From: Candidatus Acidiferrales bacterium
GTDB lineage: Bacteria; Acidobacteriota; Terriglobia; Acidiferrales; UBA7541
Direction: 5' to 3'
DNA length: 64,000 nt
Assembly (NCBI GenBank): GCA_035603415.1
Contig: DATNKL010000010.1
Span: 16,192 to 80,191 of the forward strand
Shown here piece by piece: positions 21,264 through 32,685 of this stretch. The stretch's first letter is position 1. The number at the start of each line of letters is the position of its first letter. The translations under genes and the position numbers were made by a program. The notes under the pieces are model-generated. The model was not told the origin of the DNA. It did not search any database and saw only the letters and a program-made list of their open reading frames with translations.

Positions 21264-21923
21264 TCAGGCGCTGGCCGCCCTCCGCCGCGGCAACATGGGC
21301 GTCGCAGGACGCATCACGCTTTGCACTGTGCTCTCCGCCGCACGCGCAAGATGTTCGCCAAAAACGCCCGAATAGGAAAAGATCGCGCCGCGGTCCGCCC
21401 AGCGAAGCCGCAAGCTCCATCTACCATTCAGTTCCTCGGCGCGCGCCGAAATCAATTCAGCCACGGGGATCACCAACAGCGGATGAAAATCCGCTTCCAA
21501 GGCCCACAATTTTTGTGAGCCGACAAAAAGCTGCACTGGAACGGCAAAAGTTCCAGACCGGAATGTGCCGCCGTCAACCACCACTAAAGCACCCAGCTCC
21601 CGGGCAATGTCATCGGTACCCGACGTGGCTTTGGGAGGCGGCAGCAGAATGGCCACAATAAACGCGGCTAGCCCGGCAAGCGCCAAAAAATAGCTGCCAA
21701 AAAACCCAATAGGTAACACCACCAGCGCGGCGCCAAATATGCCCAGCACCAGGCGAAAAATAATCCATGACCGCTCGTCTCGGCGAAGACTCAGCAGCTT
21801 AGGCACCAGCAGAACCACCGCGAATCCAGCGTCAATCGCTGTCTTCCGTAATTTGGCGCTCAAGCCATCGGCTAGTGCGCTTTCACCAGTGGTTGCAGTA
21901 CTCATGGCTCTCATCTCGGACAC
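21264..21923 (-). CDS. Hypothetical membrane protein (2 TM plus a soluble domain)
   Basis: 219 aa ORF with two hydrophobic helices. Confidence 0.65.
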   Translation of the reverse strand: MSEMRAMSTATTGESALADGLSAKLRKTAIDAGFAVVLLVPKLLSLRRDERSWIIFRLVLGIFGAALVVLPIGFFGSYFLALAGLAAFIVAILLPPPKATSGTDDIARELGALVVVDGGTFRSGTFAVPVQLFVGSQKLWALEADFHPLLVIPVAELISARAEELNGRWSLRLRWADRGAIFSYSGVFGEHLARAAESTVQSVMRPATPMLPRRRAASA

Positions 21924-22022
21924 GCCGCAATGGTGCTACCTGTCCCTAAGGACAGGTCCAAGATAATACGCGATTTCGCCGTCTCTGTGTAGTGAGGAAT
22001 TGCACCATTTTGAGGCGGGAGG

Positions 22023-23606
22023 TTATTGTGAAATGCCGCCAGGTGCCGACTTCAACTTGGGGTCATCGCCCTTCATCGCCGCTTCGGAGAGCAGCACGCG
22101 GCCCGGTTTAGCTCCAGTGGCTTTGCCGTCGTCCCAAACCAGCGTGCCATTCACAAAAACTTTCTCAATTCCGGCCGAAAGCTCAAACGGTTTGGCGAAA
22201 GTGGCGTGATCGATCACCGTGTCGGGATTAAAAAGCACCAAGTCCGCAAACGCGCCTTCGTGCAGCGTGCCGCGCTCTTTCCAGCCCAGGCGTTGCGCAG
22301 GCAGCCCCGTCATTTTGTGAATAGCCTCCGGCAAAGTAATCCAATGTTTTTCGCGCACATACACACCCAATACTCGCGGAAACGTTCCCGCGCCGCGCGG
22401 ATGTTGCGAGCCAATCCCGCCATCGCTCGCGACCATCACCCAGGGCTGCTGATAAAAAGCCTGAATATCCCGTTCGATCATCGATTTGCCGATGATGTTC
22501 GCTTCAGTGTTGGCGGCGTCGCCTTCACGAATAATCTGAATGTACATTTCGGTCGGCGAAATTTTGCGCGCATTCGCCAGCTCCGCGAGGTTGTGGCCCA
22601 CGTATTCTGGATGCGACGCGAATTCCGTAATGGTTACCGTGTCCGGTCCTCCATTATCGGTCAGCGCTTTTTCAACACTTTGCGGATTTGTATATTGCTT
22701 GTCCGGCATCAGCACCTTGATGTTGGAATGCCAGGCGTCATACGGATAACAGTCCGCCAGGAAATCCAGGCCCCGTTTGCGCGCCGCCTCGATCACGTTA
22801 ATGAACTCGGGAGCTTTTCCCCACACCGCCACGGTGCTCACCTTGATGTGCGAATGCTCGATGGGCAGGTGTGCGCGCTGTCCGATAGCAATTTCTTCTT
22901 CCAGCGCGGAAAAGCTCTTGTTGCCTTCATCGCGCACGTGCGTCTCGTAAAAGCCGCCATGCTTCGCCGCCACTTCCGCCACTGCCACAACCTCGGCAGT
23001 CGAGCTATAGCTGGCCACATCGTATTCAAGGCCGGTGGACACGCCCAGCGCACCTTCATTCATGGCGTCTTCCGCGAGCGCCACCATTTTCTGAATTTCC
23101 TCGGGATTCGCTTCGCGCCGAAAATCTTTTCCCAGTACCTGGGACCGCACCGTCGCATGTCCAAAAAGTGTGGCGACGTTCAGCGCAGCCGGCGCTTTGC
23201 GCCGCGTGTCCAGCCATGCGCCAATTGGCCACGGCGAAAAGCCGTCAGGACCGAGTACCACCGTGGTAATGCCCTGCGAAATTTGCGTCTCGGCCAGCGG
23301 ATCTTTGTCCAGCCCTTCCGCCGAATGGTTATGAATGTCAATGAATCCCGGCGCCAGAACCAGCCCTTGCGCGTCAATAACTTGTTCCCCGCGCACCGGC
23401 TTGAACACCCCGATCTTGGTGACCCGATCGCCCGCAATCCGCACGCTGACTTTTTTCAGCGGCCCGTCACTCCCATCAGACACTTGCCCATTGACGATCA
23501 CCATCGACGCAACCTGCTCCTGTTTTTCTTGCGCCGGAATCAGGCCGGACGTAACCGCAGCCGCCAGCAGCAACACCAAGCCAACCTTAAAAACAAATAA
23601 TTTCAT
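22023..23606 (-). CDS. Secreted N-acyl-D-amino-acid deacylase family amidohydrolase
   Basis: PGFIDIHNH, QGITT, STGLEY, THVRDE, SHIKV, YPY, ASDG, HPRGAGTFPRVL and ADLVLF. Confidence 0.88.
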   Translation of the reverse strand: MKLFVFKVGLVLLLAAAVTSGLIPAQEKQEQVASMVIVNGQVSDGSDGPLKKVSVRIAGDRVTKIGVFKPVRGEQVIDAQGLVLAPGFIDIHNHSAEGLDKDPLAETQISQGITTVVLGPDGFSPWPIGAWLDTRRKAPAALNVATLFGHATVRSQVLGKDFRREANPEEIQKMVALAEDAMNEGALGVSTGLEYDVASYSSTAEVVAVAEVAAKHGGFYETHVRDEGNKSFSALEEEIAIGQRAHLPIEHSHIKVSTVAVWGKAPEFINVIEAARKRGLDFLADCYPYDAWHSNIKVLMPDKQYTNPQSVEKALTDNGGPDTVTITEFASHPEYVGHNLAELANARKISPTEMYIQIIREGDAANTEANIIGKSMIERDIQAFYQQPWVMVASDGGIGSQHPRGAGTFPRVLGVYVREKHWITLPEAIHKMTGLPAQRLGWKERGTLHEGAFADLVLFNPDTVIDHATFAKPFELSAGIEKVFVNGTLVWDDGKATGAKPGRVLLSEAAMKGDDPKLKSAPGGISQ

Positions 23607-23765
23607 GCCGACCCTCAGATCGCAGCAGTATGACAAAAATCACGTCTCATGGAACCACAGGTTTTAGAAAGGTCACCATGTCATTCGCAGACGCAAAAAC
23701 AGTTGGAACGTTACGAATCCTGCTTCGTTGACTCGTTTCCCGCCACCACCTAATATGAGCGGCGA

Positions 23766-26447
23766 ATGGCAGATTCCTCCTCTCTCATCGGACAAGCCAT
23801 TTCCCATTACCGCATCCTCGAGAAGCTCGGGGGCGGAGGCATGGGCGTGGTTTACAAGGCTCAGGACACGCGCCTGGACCGCTTTGTCGCGCTTAAATTT
23901 CTGCCCGACAATGTCGCCAAAGACCCGCAGACGCTGAGTCGCTTCCGACGCGAAGCCAAGGCCGCTTCCGCCCTGAATCATCCCAACATTTGCACCATCT
24001 ACGACATTGGCGAAGAAAACTCTCGGGCGTTCATCGCCATGGAATATCTGGAAGGCACAACACTACGGCACCGCATCGGCTACAAACCGATGGAACTCGA
24101 AACGTTGCTGTCGCTCAGTCTCGAAATCACCGAAGCCCTGGACGCCGCCCATGCCAAAGGAATCGTCCACCGTGACATCAAGCCCGCGAATATTTTCGTC
24201 ACCGAACGTGGTCACGCCAAAATTCTCGATTTCGGTTTAGCCAAGCAGGCCACCATCGGCGAAGGCATGTCCGCGCTACCCACTGCCGCATCGGAAGAAA
24301 TGCTAACCAGCCCAGGCACCGCGCTCGGCACCGTGGCGTATATGTCTCCGGAACAAGTGCGCGGCAAGGAACTGGACGCTCGCACCGACCTCTTTTCTTT
24401 TGGCGTGGTGCTCTACGAGATGGCTACAGGCGCCCCGCCATTTCGCGGCGATACCACCGGCATCATCTTTGACGGCATCTTGAATCGCGACCCCGTCGCG
24501 CCCGTTCGGCTCAATCCCGATCTACCTCCGAAGCTCGAAGAAATCATTAATCGCGCGCTGGAGAAAGATCGCAACCTGCGCTTCCAGCACGCCTCCGATC
24601 TGCACGCCGAGTTACAAAGAGTCAGACGCGATAGCAGCTCCGGGCGCCTCCCGGTATCCGCTGCTCACCAAACGGAACGAGAAAAAATTGAAGCGCAACC
24701 GCCTTCCGAGAAAGTAGCCACTAAATCTTTTCTACGTTCCGGCCACTACGTTGCGGCGTCGCTCCTCGTTTTAGCCGCTGTAATTACCTACCTGGCATAC
24801 CGCTCGTCGCACGGCGCTCCGGCAGTCAGCAAAGAGTGGGAGCAGCTCACCTTTTTTACCGACTCCGCAGTGTACCCAACTCTGTCCCAGGATGGGCGCA
24901 TGCTTTCCTTCGTTCGTGGCAACGAGTCTTTCATCGGCCTGGGGGAAATTTACGTCAAGTTTTTGCCCGATGGCCAGCCCGTGCAACTCACTCACGAGGG
25001 AATCCCAAAATTCAGCCCAGCTTTCTCACCCGACGGTTCGGTCATTGCCTACTCAGGAGTCGATCCATGGAACACCTGGGAGGTCTCGGTCCTCGGCGGC
25101 GAGCCCCGCTTGCTGTTGCCTAACGCCTCGTCTTTGACATGGATCGAAGGCGGGAAGCGTCTGCTCTATTCTGAAATAAAAGAAGGCTTGCACATGGCGT
25201 TGGTGACCTCCGACGAGGGCCGAGGAAACAGCCGTGAAGTCTATGTGCCTGCTGGCGACCGCAGCATGGCTCACCATTCCTATCCATCGCCGGACGGGCG
25301 ATGGCTGCTAGTCGTGGAAATGGATAGTCGCGGCAGCATATTGCCCTGCCGGGTTGTTCCATTTCACGGAACCGGCGACGCCCGTGTTGTGGGTCCGCCG
25401 AATAATCCGTGTTTCGCGGGCGCCTGGTCTGCCGATGGAAAGTGGATTTATCTGGCCGTGACTACCGGCGAATCTCATATTTGGCGGCAGGGTTTTCCTT
25501 CCGGAGAACTTCAGCAGCTCACCTTCGGTCCCACCTCTCAAGAAGGCATTGCCATGGCTCCGGACGGTAAATCATTCATAACCTCGGTCGGCTCGCAGGA
25601 CACTACCGTCTGGCTCCATGACAAGAACGGAGACCACCAAATCTCCTCCGAAGGAAACGCTAGCGCGCCATCGTTTTCTTCGGACGGAAATAGCCTTTAT
25701 TTTTTGATGATCAACGGGCAGTCGCACCTTTCTGAACTGTGGATGAAGGATTTAAGCAGCGGAAAAATGGATCGGGTCCTGCCTGGATACTCTATTAATA
25801 CTTATTCGGTTTCCCGCGATGGTAAACAAGTTGCCTTTACGGCAAACGACGCGGCTGGCCACCCCACCATATGGGTTGCTCCTATGAACCGGCGTTCATC
25901 CCCGGTGCGCATTTCCTCGACAGAAGTCGAAGATTCGCCTCAGTTCTTGCCGGATGGTGATCTCGTTTTTCGCGTAGTCGAGGGCGGCTCCAATTTTCTC
26001 TACCGCATGAAACCTGACGGAAGCGGACGCAGCAAGATAAAGGCCCAACGAATTTTGGACCTTTTTTCCGTGTCTCCAGATGGGCGGTGGGTAATTGTGG
26101 CCACCCCGAACCCGAACCAGGAGCACACCGCTGCGACCGCGGCATTTCGTCAAGAAGGAAACGAGGAAGTGCTCGTATGTCCAGGCTTTTGCCTGATCGA
26201 TTGGGATACCTCCGGAAAATTCGTGTTTTTCACTTTCCAGAAGGGCAATACCTACGCGCTTCCTTTGACGCAGCAGTCCGGATTGCCGAAGTTACCTCCA
26301 GATGGAGTTTCGCGACTGGAAGATTTCCCTGCCGCGAAATCAGCCATAGCCATTCCGAATTTTGTCGATTCGGCCATCAGTCCCTCGTTCTACGCGTACA
26401 CCCGCCGAAATACGCGACGCAACCTGTACAGGATTCAGTTGCAGTAG
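23766..26447 (+). CDS. Hanks-type Ser/Thr kinase with a TM and a periplasmic PD40 beta-propeller
   Basis: [24 protein letters not shown] and [10 protein letters not shown]; SPDG repeats. Confidence 0.92.
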   Translation: MADSSSLIGQAISHYRILEKLGGGGMGVVYKAQDTRLDRFVALKFLPDNVAKDPQTLSRFRREAKAASALNHPNICTIYDIGEENSRAFIAMEYLEGTTLRHRIGYKPMELETLLSLSLEITEALDAAHAKGIVHRDIKPANIFVTERGHAKILDFGLAKQATIGEGMSALPTAASEEMLTSPGTALGTVAYMSPEQVRGKELDARTDLFSFGVVLYEMATGAPPFRGDTTGIIFDGILNRDPVAPVRLNPDLPPKLEEIINRALEKDRNLRFQHASDLHAELQRVRRDSSSGRLPVSAAHQTEREKIEAQPPSEKVATKSFLRSGHYVAASLLVLAAVITYLAYRSSHGAPAVSKEWEQLTFFTDSAVYPTLSQDGRMLSFVRGNESFIGLGEIYVKFLPDGQPVQLTHEGIPKFSPAFSPDGSVIAYSGVDPWNTWEVSVLGGEPRLLLPNASSLTWIEGGKRLLYSEIKEGLHMALVTSDEGRGNSREVYVPAGDRSMAHHSYPSPDGRWLLVVEMDSRGSILPCRVVPFHGTGDARVVGPPNNPCFAGAWSADGKWIYLAVTTGESHIWRQGFPSGELQQLTFGPTSQEGIAMAPDGKSFITSVGSQDTTVWLHDKNGDHQISSEGNASAPSFSSDGNSLYFLMINGQSHLSELWMKDLSSGKMDRVLPGYSINTYSVSRDGKQVAFTANDAAGHPTIWVAPMNRRSSPVRISSTEVEDSPQFLPDGDLVFRVVEGGSNFLYRMKPDGSGRSKIKAQRILDLFSVSPDGRWVIVATPNPNQEHTAATAAFRQEGNEEVLVCPGFCLIDWDTSGKFVFFTFQKGNTYALPLTQQSGLPKLPPDGVSRLEDFPAAKSAIAIPNFVDSAISPSFYAYTRRNTRRNLYRIQLQ

Positions 26448-26520
26448 CTCGCTGATGCACAGCTAATTTGTTTGGAAAATCCGCAATACAAAAACGGTGA
26501 GTCTGTTATCCACGGGGCAA

Positions 26521-26563
26521 AAATAAAAACCGCATCCTTCGCGAATGCTGCCAAGGATGCGGT
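26521..26563 (-). terminator. Rho-independent terminator
   Basis: ACCGCATCCTT/AAGGATGCGGT 11-bp stem followed by a T-tract on the minus strand. Confidence 0.7.
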
Positions 26564-26594
26564 CCGGTAATGAGTCAGCCGATTTTAATTTTAA

Positions 26595-27041
26595 TTATTT
26601 CACGGGAACGAGGTCGAATTTATCCGGGCCGTCCTGATAAAACAGCGCGCCTTCTGTTTTGTCACCACCGCTCCAGTGCTTGTGACCTCCGGGAACTGAT
26701 AGGAATTCTCCCGGGCCTACGCGCTTTTCGCCGTCCTCATCCTTGTACAGGTAAGCTCCTTTGATGACTACAATCCGCACGTCGTTGGTGTGGTAGTGCG
26801 TTCCGGCGTCGTAGCCCGGCTTGAACTTCGTGAACGTTGCATGAGCGCCTTTGTCCGGGTCGCCATACAGCACGGCGCTGGATACACCACCCCCACTCCT
26901 CTCCATGGGTTTAAATGTCGCCTTACTCGCAGACACGTGGGTGACGTGATCCTTGCTGAGTTCTTTTTGGGCCCGCGCAACAGCCAGCGACGCTACGATA
27001 AGCAAAACCATCACGGCCGCAATGCTCAATGATTTTTTCAT
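26595..27041 (-). CDS. Secreted cupin (DUF4437-like)
   Basis: Signal peptide, LYGDP, HYHTND..VVIKG and GPG...VPGG.KH. Confidence 0.8.
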   Translation of the reverse strand: MKKSLSIAAVMVLLIVASLAVARAQKELSKDHVTHVSASKATFKPMERSGGGVSSAVLYGDPDKGAHATFTKFKPGYDAGTHYHTNDVRIVVIKGAYLYKDEDGEKRVGPGEFLSVPGGHKHWSGGDKTEGALFYQDGPDKFDLVPVK

Positions 27042-27164
27042 AATTTTCCTCCATATATTTCTTGGGCTTTATTTTTGAATTGGGACGCCCGGTTGCAGAA
27101 ATGTATACACCAATTTGCGAAGAGGCGGTAGATATTCCGCCGCAGGTCCGGCATCAGCAATTGT

Positions 27165-27190
27165 AAAAAGCGCGAATTTAAAATTCGCGC
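27165..27190 (-). terminator. Rho-independent terminator overlapping the oxidase stop codon
   Basis: GCGCGAATTT-A-AAATTCGCGC inverted repeat followed by TTTTT on the minus strand. Confidence 0.65.
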
Positions 27191-28725
27191 GTGTTAAGAA
27201 CTTTTTCGGCGAAGTCCTTCGCTCCCGGTTTCCCGGCGAGAATCATTTCCGCCCATTCGGACCCGCCTTGCGAGAACCGAATGGCCTCGCTGGTCAACGA
27301 TTCCGGTCCGCCGGAGTCGTTGTTGCTGAAGTAAATGCGCTCCATGGCATGCGCGGCGGCGATCCGATTTTTCGTGTATTGCCCCGGCGTTGCCATGAAC
27401 ATCGGATGCCCGCGGCGGTAAATTCGCAATTCGACCGGATCGACGTTGAATTCTGGCAGCAGTTTCTGGAAATCTGCCAACACCCGTGCGGCCAGTGATT
27501 TGCAACTATCTTCTTCGAGTAGCGTGGATCGCTGAGTTTCGCGCAGCGGCGTGTAGAACGAAAGAATGTTGTGCTTCTGGTGATAGCCGGGATTGTTGCG
27601 GATGGTCCAGTCCGCCACAATAAAATCCGTGAAGGAATTTCCCGGGCACCACGTGTCGTAACCGCGATTGTAAACCGGCTTGTCGAAAATCGCGTTCACC
27701 ACCGGGTAAGGTGCATAACGCGTTCGACGCATCGCTGTTTTCTGATCGTAAGGAATGCCCATGACCAGCCGCGAGGTGATGTGTTTCTGTATGCACATGA
27801 TCACCGCTTTCGCAGATACGGTAGTCAGCTGCCCGCCATGAAAATAAGTTACGCGCACGTTGTCGTCACCGGGAACGACGGCCACCACGGTCGCTTCGCC
27901 AACCATGCGCTCCTTATATTTTGGTTGCAACACTTCTACCAGCTTGTGCGTGATGCATCCCAGCCCGCCTGGCAAAATCACGCGCTTGCTGTCTTCTCCG
28001 GTGACCAACCCTTGCAGCGAGGCGAGCGCCACAAACGCCGACGTGTCTTCGCTCGTGGCGCCCCAGTTCGATGGCCCGTACCCGTCCCACCATTGCTGAA
28101 TTTCCGGCGCATAGCCTCCCGTAAAATCGGTGAGCGGTTGCGCATCCAGTTCGTCCATGCGCTTCAACACGTCAATCTTCATCATGTCGTCGCGAAATTT
28201 TTTGAAGCTGGCGCGCACGTCCTGCGGATATGGCAAATGATCCAGCCCGGCGTTCCAGGTATCCGCGACAAAAGTTTTATTCACAATGGTCGGATCGGGA
28301 TTATTTACCGGCAGGAGTTTTAAACCCATTTCAGCAGCCAACTGATCCCCGTGATCGCCTTTGAAGGCGTAAGCCGAGCCGGTGGCGAACGCCGCGCCGT
28401 CGTATTCCTCCTGGTAAGCGTTGCCGCCGAAGTGATCTTCTTTTTCGAGCAGCAGCCAGTCCTTGCCGCGCAGGAAATACCCGGCGGAGAGTCCCGCGAC
28501 GCCGCCGCCGACAATCACCACGTCAGCCTTGCGGGTTGCCTCGGGACGCTGGAATTGGTGGCCATCGCGCACCTGATGGCAAATTTCGAAGTGTTCGCCT
28601 TCCACCCGCGGTGTCGCGGAAGATTTCTCGTCCGGCACGGCCAGCAGGCTCGCGTCAATCGGACAGCCAGCAGCCACCGATCCTGCCACTACGTATTTGA
28701 TGAAGTTGCGGCGTGAGTGCGACAT
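27178..28725 (-). CDS. Flavin amine-oxidase family oxidoreductase with a twin-arginine leader
   Basis: SRRNFIK, VIVGGGVAGL and LLEKEDHFGGN; last gene of the pot-like operon. Confidence 0.8.
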   Translation of the reverse strand: MSHSRRNFIKYVVAGSVAAGCPIDASLLAVPDEKSSATPRVEGEHFEICHQVRDGHQFQRPEATRKADVVIVGGGVAGLSAGYFLRGKDWLLLEKEDHFGGNAYQEEYDGAAFATGSAYAFKGDHGDQLAAEMGLKLLPVNNPDPTIVNKTFVADTWNAGLDHLPYPQDVRASFKKFRDDMMKIDVLKRMDELDAQPLTDFTGGYAPEIQQWWDGYGPSNWGATSEDTSAFVALASLQGLVTGEDSKRVILPGGLGCITHKLVEVLQPKYKERMVGEATVVAVVPGDDNVRVTYFHGGQLTTVSAKAVIMCIQKHITSRLVMGIPYDQKTAMRRTRYAPYPVVNAIFDKPVYNRGYDTWCPGNSFTDFIVADWTIRNNPGYHQKHNILSFYTPLRETQRSTLLEEDSCKSLAARVLADFQKLLPEFNVDPVELRIYRRGHPMFMATPGQYTKNRIAAAHAMERIYFSNNDSGGPESLTSEAIRFSQGGSEWAEMILAGKPGAKDFAEKVLNTREF

Positions 28726-28738
28726 GAGTCTCCCTTGT

Positions 28739-29566
28739 TCAAAAGCTTTTGCGTTGCGCGCGAGTGCGCAACTGAAACCAGATCACGATCAAAATCACCG
28801 AAGCGGTAAAAATCAGCGTGGAGATGGCGTTGATTTCCGGCGTGATTCCGCGCCGCAAGCGGCCCCAGATTTCCAGCGGCAAAGTATTGTCGCGGCCGAT
28901 CAAAAAAAACGTGACCGCGATTTCGTCCATGGAAAGAGTGAAAATCAGCAAGCCGGCCGCAATCAGAGAAAGTTTTAAGTTTGGCAAGGTCACGCGCCAG
29001 AAAGTTTGCAACGGCGTCGCGCCCAGATCGAGCGAAGCTTCTTCCTGCGCGCGGTCCATTTTTTGCAATCCGGCGAAGAGTTCCGTGGTGGCCACGGAGA
29101 TCAATGCGGTGCCATGACCGAGAAACACGGTGATCAGGCTCAAGTGCGCGCCCGCGTACACCGCAAACATCAGCAGCGAAAGACCAGTGATGATCCCCGG
29201 CAAAATCAGCGGCAGCAAAACCAAGCGGCGGAAAAGCGATTTGCCCGGGAAGCTGGCGCGATCGAGGGCTAGCGCGGCAAGCAAGCCCAGCGTGAGTGAA
29301 AGCGCGACGCTGCCAGCGGCGACGATCAGGCTATTCAGCACCGAGGTCCAGATGGCGCCGTCGCCAAAAAGTTGGCGGTACCAATCCAGCGTGAGATGGC
29401 GTGGCGGAAAGCCGCCCACGCCGTCCCGATTAAAGGAATACACGATGAGCACGGCGATCGGTAAATAGATGAACGCGAACACCAGCGCCGAATAGGCTGC
29501 AAGCAGTGGCGCGCGACGCGTTGCCGAGGAGGTGGAACGCATAACAGTTGTGGGCGCGCTACTCAT
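28739..29566 (-). CDS. potC: Polyamine ABC permease, PotC-like
   Basis: FIYLP, YSFN, TLDWY, EEASLDLGA, FTLSMDE and TPEINA. Confidence 0.82.
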   Translation of the reverse strand: MSSAPTTVMRSTSSATRRAPLLAAYSALVFAFIYLPIAVLIVYSFNRDGVGGFPPRHLTLDWYRQLFGDGAIWTSVLNSLIVAAGSVALSLTLGLLAALALDRASFPGKSLFRRLVLLPLILPGIITGLSLLMFAVYAGAHLSLITVFLGHGTALISVATTELFAGLQKMDRAQEEASLDLGATPLQTFWRVTLPNLKLSLIAAGLLIFTLSMDEIAVTFFLIGRDNTLPLEIWGRLRRGITPEINAISTLIFTASVILIVIWFQLRTRAQRKSF

Positions 29567-30408
29567 CAGAAAGACCAGCGCTTCTCGAGGCGTTCAGTTA
29601 AAAATAGCAGGGTCACGGTGATCAACAGGATGCACACGGAAATGGCTGCGCCTAGCGGACAGTCATAGGCCGCGCCGAAAAGGCTTTGCACGATGTTGGC
29701 GATCATCGTGCCCGAAGCGCCGCCAACCAGCAGTGGCGCGAGAAAATCGCCCAGCGAAAGAACGAACGCGAACGTCGCTCCCGCCAGCAATCCGGGGAGC
29801 GAAAGCGGGAGGATGACGCGAAGGAATGTTTTGCGCGGACTGGCGCCGAGGTCTTGTGAAGCTTCAACCACCGGACGAGGAATATGTTCCAGCGCAGCGT
29901 AAATCGGCAGAAAAACAAATGGCGTGTAAATGTGTGTGAGCATCAGAATCACGGCGAAGGGGCTGTAAAGAAGGAAACCCACCGGAGCATTTGTGAGATG
30001 CAGATATTGCAGGAGGCCGTTCAAAACTCCATCGCTGCCGAGAATCGTTTTCCATGCGTAGCCACGAACCAGATAGCTCACCCACAGCGGAACGATCACC
30101 AGTTGATAGAGAATTTCCCGGCGGGCGCCGGCATGGAAAGAAAGATAGTAAGCCAGCGGATATCCGAGTATCAGCGAACAAAACGTAACCGACGCAGCGA
30201 TGCGCATGCTGCGCAAAAGCACTTCCGCGTAAACGGGATTAGTGGCCAGCGTGCGGTAATTTTGCAGATTCCATTGATGCACGATAAATCCATCGCTAAC
30301 CATCCAGAAGCTGTGCGCCAGCATCAGCGCATAGGGCAGCAATAGAAATAGTCCGACCCACAACAGCGGCGGCAGGGAAACCAGCGATTTGTATGCGCGC
30401 GAATACAT
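29566..30408 (-). CDS. potB: Polyamine ABC permease, PotB-like
   Basis: GYPLAY, PLWVSYLVRGYAW and EASQDLGA. Confidence 0.82.
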   Translation of the reverse strand: MYSRAYKSLVSLPPLLWVGLFLLLPYALMLAHSFWMVSDGFIVHQWNLQNYRTLATNPVYAEVLLRSMRIAASVTFCSLILGYPLAYYLSFHAGARREILYQLVIVPLWVSYLVRGYAWKTILGSDGVLNGLLQYLHLTNAPVGFLLYSPFAVILMLTHIYTPFVFLPIYAALEHIPRPVVEASQDLGASPRKTFLRVILPLSLPGLLAGATFAFVLSLGDFLAPLLVGGASGTMIANIVQSLFGAAYDCPLGAAISVCILLITVTLLFLTERLEKRWSF

Positions 30409-30460
30409 TTTTACAAAGTGAATCCCATTGCGTTAATACCTGAAACTTTATTCCGCGACT

Positions 30461-31564
30461 TTATTCTGAAACTCGCACCGCGTCCTCGGCGGAAAAACTG
30501 AAATCCTGTTTGCCCGATAACGGCCCGCGTGCGGGAATCTTCACGCGCAAGATCTGGCCGCCGCAATCTACTTCCAACAATTCGCTGGCGCCGCCATAAA
30601 GCTGTTGTTTGACCGTCGCCGAGAATCGCGCCTTCGCCGCCGGTTTATTTGCAGTGGAACTGGCGCCGGAATCTGCAGCCGTGTCCGCGAGTCGAATCGC
30701 TTCCGGACGCAATGAGAAAAGAGCGGCCCCATCGGGCGCGGATGTGGGCCAGCGCAATGCGCCGCAAATCGCGGCGCCGCCGCGAATGTCAGCGCGCAAC
30801 AAATTTGTTTGCCCGATAAATTGAGCGGTATACGCCGTGGCAGGGTGCGAATAAATTTCGCGCGGTGAAGCGACTTGTTCGAGCGCGCCGCTGCGCAGCA
30901 ACGCGATGCGATCGGAAAGCGCCATGGCCTCATCCTGATCGTGCGTGACAAACAGAAAAGTAATGCCCACTTCGCGCTGCAAAGATTTCAGTTCGCTTTG
31001 CATTTCTTTCCGTAAATTGGCATCCAGAGCAGACAAGGGTTCGTCCAGCAGCAGCAGTAACGGCCGATTCACCAGCGCGCGCGCCAGTGCAACTCGTTGC
31101 TGCTGGCCGCCGCTCAGCGTAGCGGGTCGCGCCCCAGCGAAACTCTCCATCTTCACCATGCGCAACGCATCGGCAACGCGCGCGTCAATTTCATTGGAAG
31201 GCGCGTTAGTCACACGCAAGCCGTAGGCCACGTTGTCGCGTACATTCAAATGCGGAAACAGCGCGTATTGCTGAAACACCGTGTTCACGCGGCGTTTGTA
31301 AGGTGGCAACGTATCGAGGCGCTCGCCATTCATCCAAATCTCGCCGGAGCTAGGCTGCTCAAATCCCGCAATCAATCGCAGCATGGTGGTCTTCCCGGAG
31401 CCGCTTTCCCCCAGCAAAGTGATGAACTCGCCGGCCGCCACAGTGATGGAAATTCCTTTCAACACTTCGTGCGCGCCGAAGCGTTTGGCCAACGCGCGAA
31501 CTTCCAGCAAAGGCCCAGCCGCCCGCTCTTCTTCCAACGGCGGAATGGCGGGCGCCGGACTCAC
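30461..31564 (-). CDS. potA: Polyamine ABC ATPase, PotA-like
   Basis: [36 protein letters not shown] and VTHDQ. Confidence 0.85.
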   Translation of the reverse strand: MSPAPAIPPLEEERAAGPLLEVRALAKRFGAHEVLKGISITVAAGEFITLLGESGSGKTTMLRLIAGFEQPSSGEIWMNGERLDTLPPYKRRVNTVFQQYALFPHLNVRDNVAYGLRVTNAPSNEIDARVADALRMVKMESFAGARPATLSGGQQQRVALARALVNRPLLLLLDEPLSALDANLRKEMQSELKSLQREVGITFLFVTHDQDEAMALSDRIALLRSGALEQVASPREIYSHPATAYTAQFIGQTNLLRADIRGGAAICGALRWPTSAPDGAALFSLRPEAIRLADTAADSGASSTANKPAAKARFSATVKQQLYGGASELLEVDCGGQILRVKIPARGPLSGKQDFSFSAEDAVRVSE

Positions 31565-32685
31565 TGTGCGGCCTTCACCTCGTTCCAGATTTCGTTGTAT
31601 TTGGGACGCCGCGGCACGTCGTGCCAGAAATAAATGCGCTGCATGTAGGCGTCCGGATCATCGAGATGCAGGATTTTCTTTTCGTCGGTGCTCAAAAACT
31701 GCGCCGCGCCGGGATTAGCGGGCGTGTAGTGCGTAACATCGCTCACTTTTTTCTGCGTCTGGGCTTCCACCATATACGCAAGAAAAGCCTGCGCTAGTTC
31801 TTTGTTGGTGCTGGCCGCGGTAATCATCAGGTGATCGATCCATCCGGTGGTGTTTTCCCGCGGGATCGTTTCGCCAATAGGAAAATTCAGTTTACGAAGA
31901 TCGTTGGTCATCAGCGGCCAACCCATGGCGATCACCACTTCATGATTTTGGAAAAGATTGGTCAGCTCGCCGCCGGTTGCCCACATTTTGCGAATGTTAG
32001 GTTTGAGCTCGATGAGTTTTTCCTTCACCGTTTCCAGTTGCGCATCGCTCAAATTGTAGAGTTGGCTGGGATCGGGCTTGTCGTATCCGAGCACTTGCGC
32101 GGCCATGTAAACAGTGGAAAGCTCATCCCACACCGAGACTTTGCCGCGATATTTTGCGTCCCACAAAATCGACCAGGAATCTGGAGCTTTTGAAAACGCC
32201 GTCATATCGTAAAGCAGGGGGTTCGGTCCCCACACAAACGGCACGCCGTATACCTGGTTGTTGAGCTTGACGATGTTGGATTCACGCAGCTTCGCGGAAA
32301 GTTGCGAATACGCGGGAATCTTCGCAAGGTCAAGCGGCGCGGCAAGTCCAGCGCGTACGATGGATGCGGCGACGTCACTCGAAGGGGAGATCACGTCATA
32401 GTTGGAGGCGCTCCCGCCGCGCAACTTGGCAACCAGCTCATCGCTGGTGCCCATGTAGGAAGCGACCACTTTGCAGTGATGGCTTTCCTCGAACGCGCCG
32501 AGGAACGATGGATCGGCATATCCTTCCCACACCAGCAGCGTGAGGGTGGGCTGCTTGGGCTTACAAGCCGCGCAACCGAGCGCGAGCAGCAGCAAAGCCG
32601 CAACGGCACATCGCGCCGCAATTTGATTGCGAGCCCACAGCGAAAATTTCCTGTCGCGTGAAATTGTTCTGGAATTATTTGGCAT
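31561..32685 (-). CDS. Polyamine ABC substrate-binding protein, PotD/PotF-like, probably a lipoprotein
   Basis: LLVWEGY, YDVISPS, VPFVWG, GWP and WID; the ATG at 32685 overlaps the upstream stop. Confidence 0.85.
   Translation of the reverse strand: MPNNSRTISRDRKFSLWARNQIAARCAVAALLLLALGCAACKPKQPTLTLLVWEGYADPSFLGAFEESHHCKVVASYMGTSDELVAKLRGGSASNYDVISPSSDVAASIVRAGLAAPLDLAKIPAYSQLSAKLRESNIVKLNNQVYGVPFVWGPNPLLYDMTAFSKAPDSWSILWDAKYRGKVSVWDELSTVYMAAQVLGYDKPDPSQLYNLSDAQLETVKEKLIELKPNIRKMWATGGELTNLFQNHEVVIAMGWPLMTNDLRKLNFPIGETIPRENTTGWIDHLMITAASTNKELAQAFLAYMVEAQTQKKVSDVTHYTPANPGAAQFLSTDEKKILHLDDPDAYMQRIYFWHDVPRRPKYNEIWNEVKAAQ

Noticed and set aside
22206-23600. Long antisense ORFs (464 aa here; also 44258-45202 and 47197-48183)
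   Set aside because: They are shadows of well-supported genes in GC-rich DNA and carry no motifs.
29659-29661. DCP instead of the usual DWP/NWP in the PotB-like permease
   Set aside because: A single substitution or base error; it cannot be interpreted without reads.
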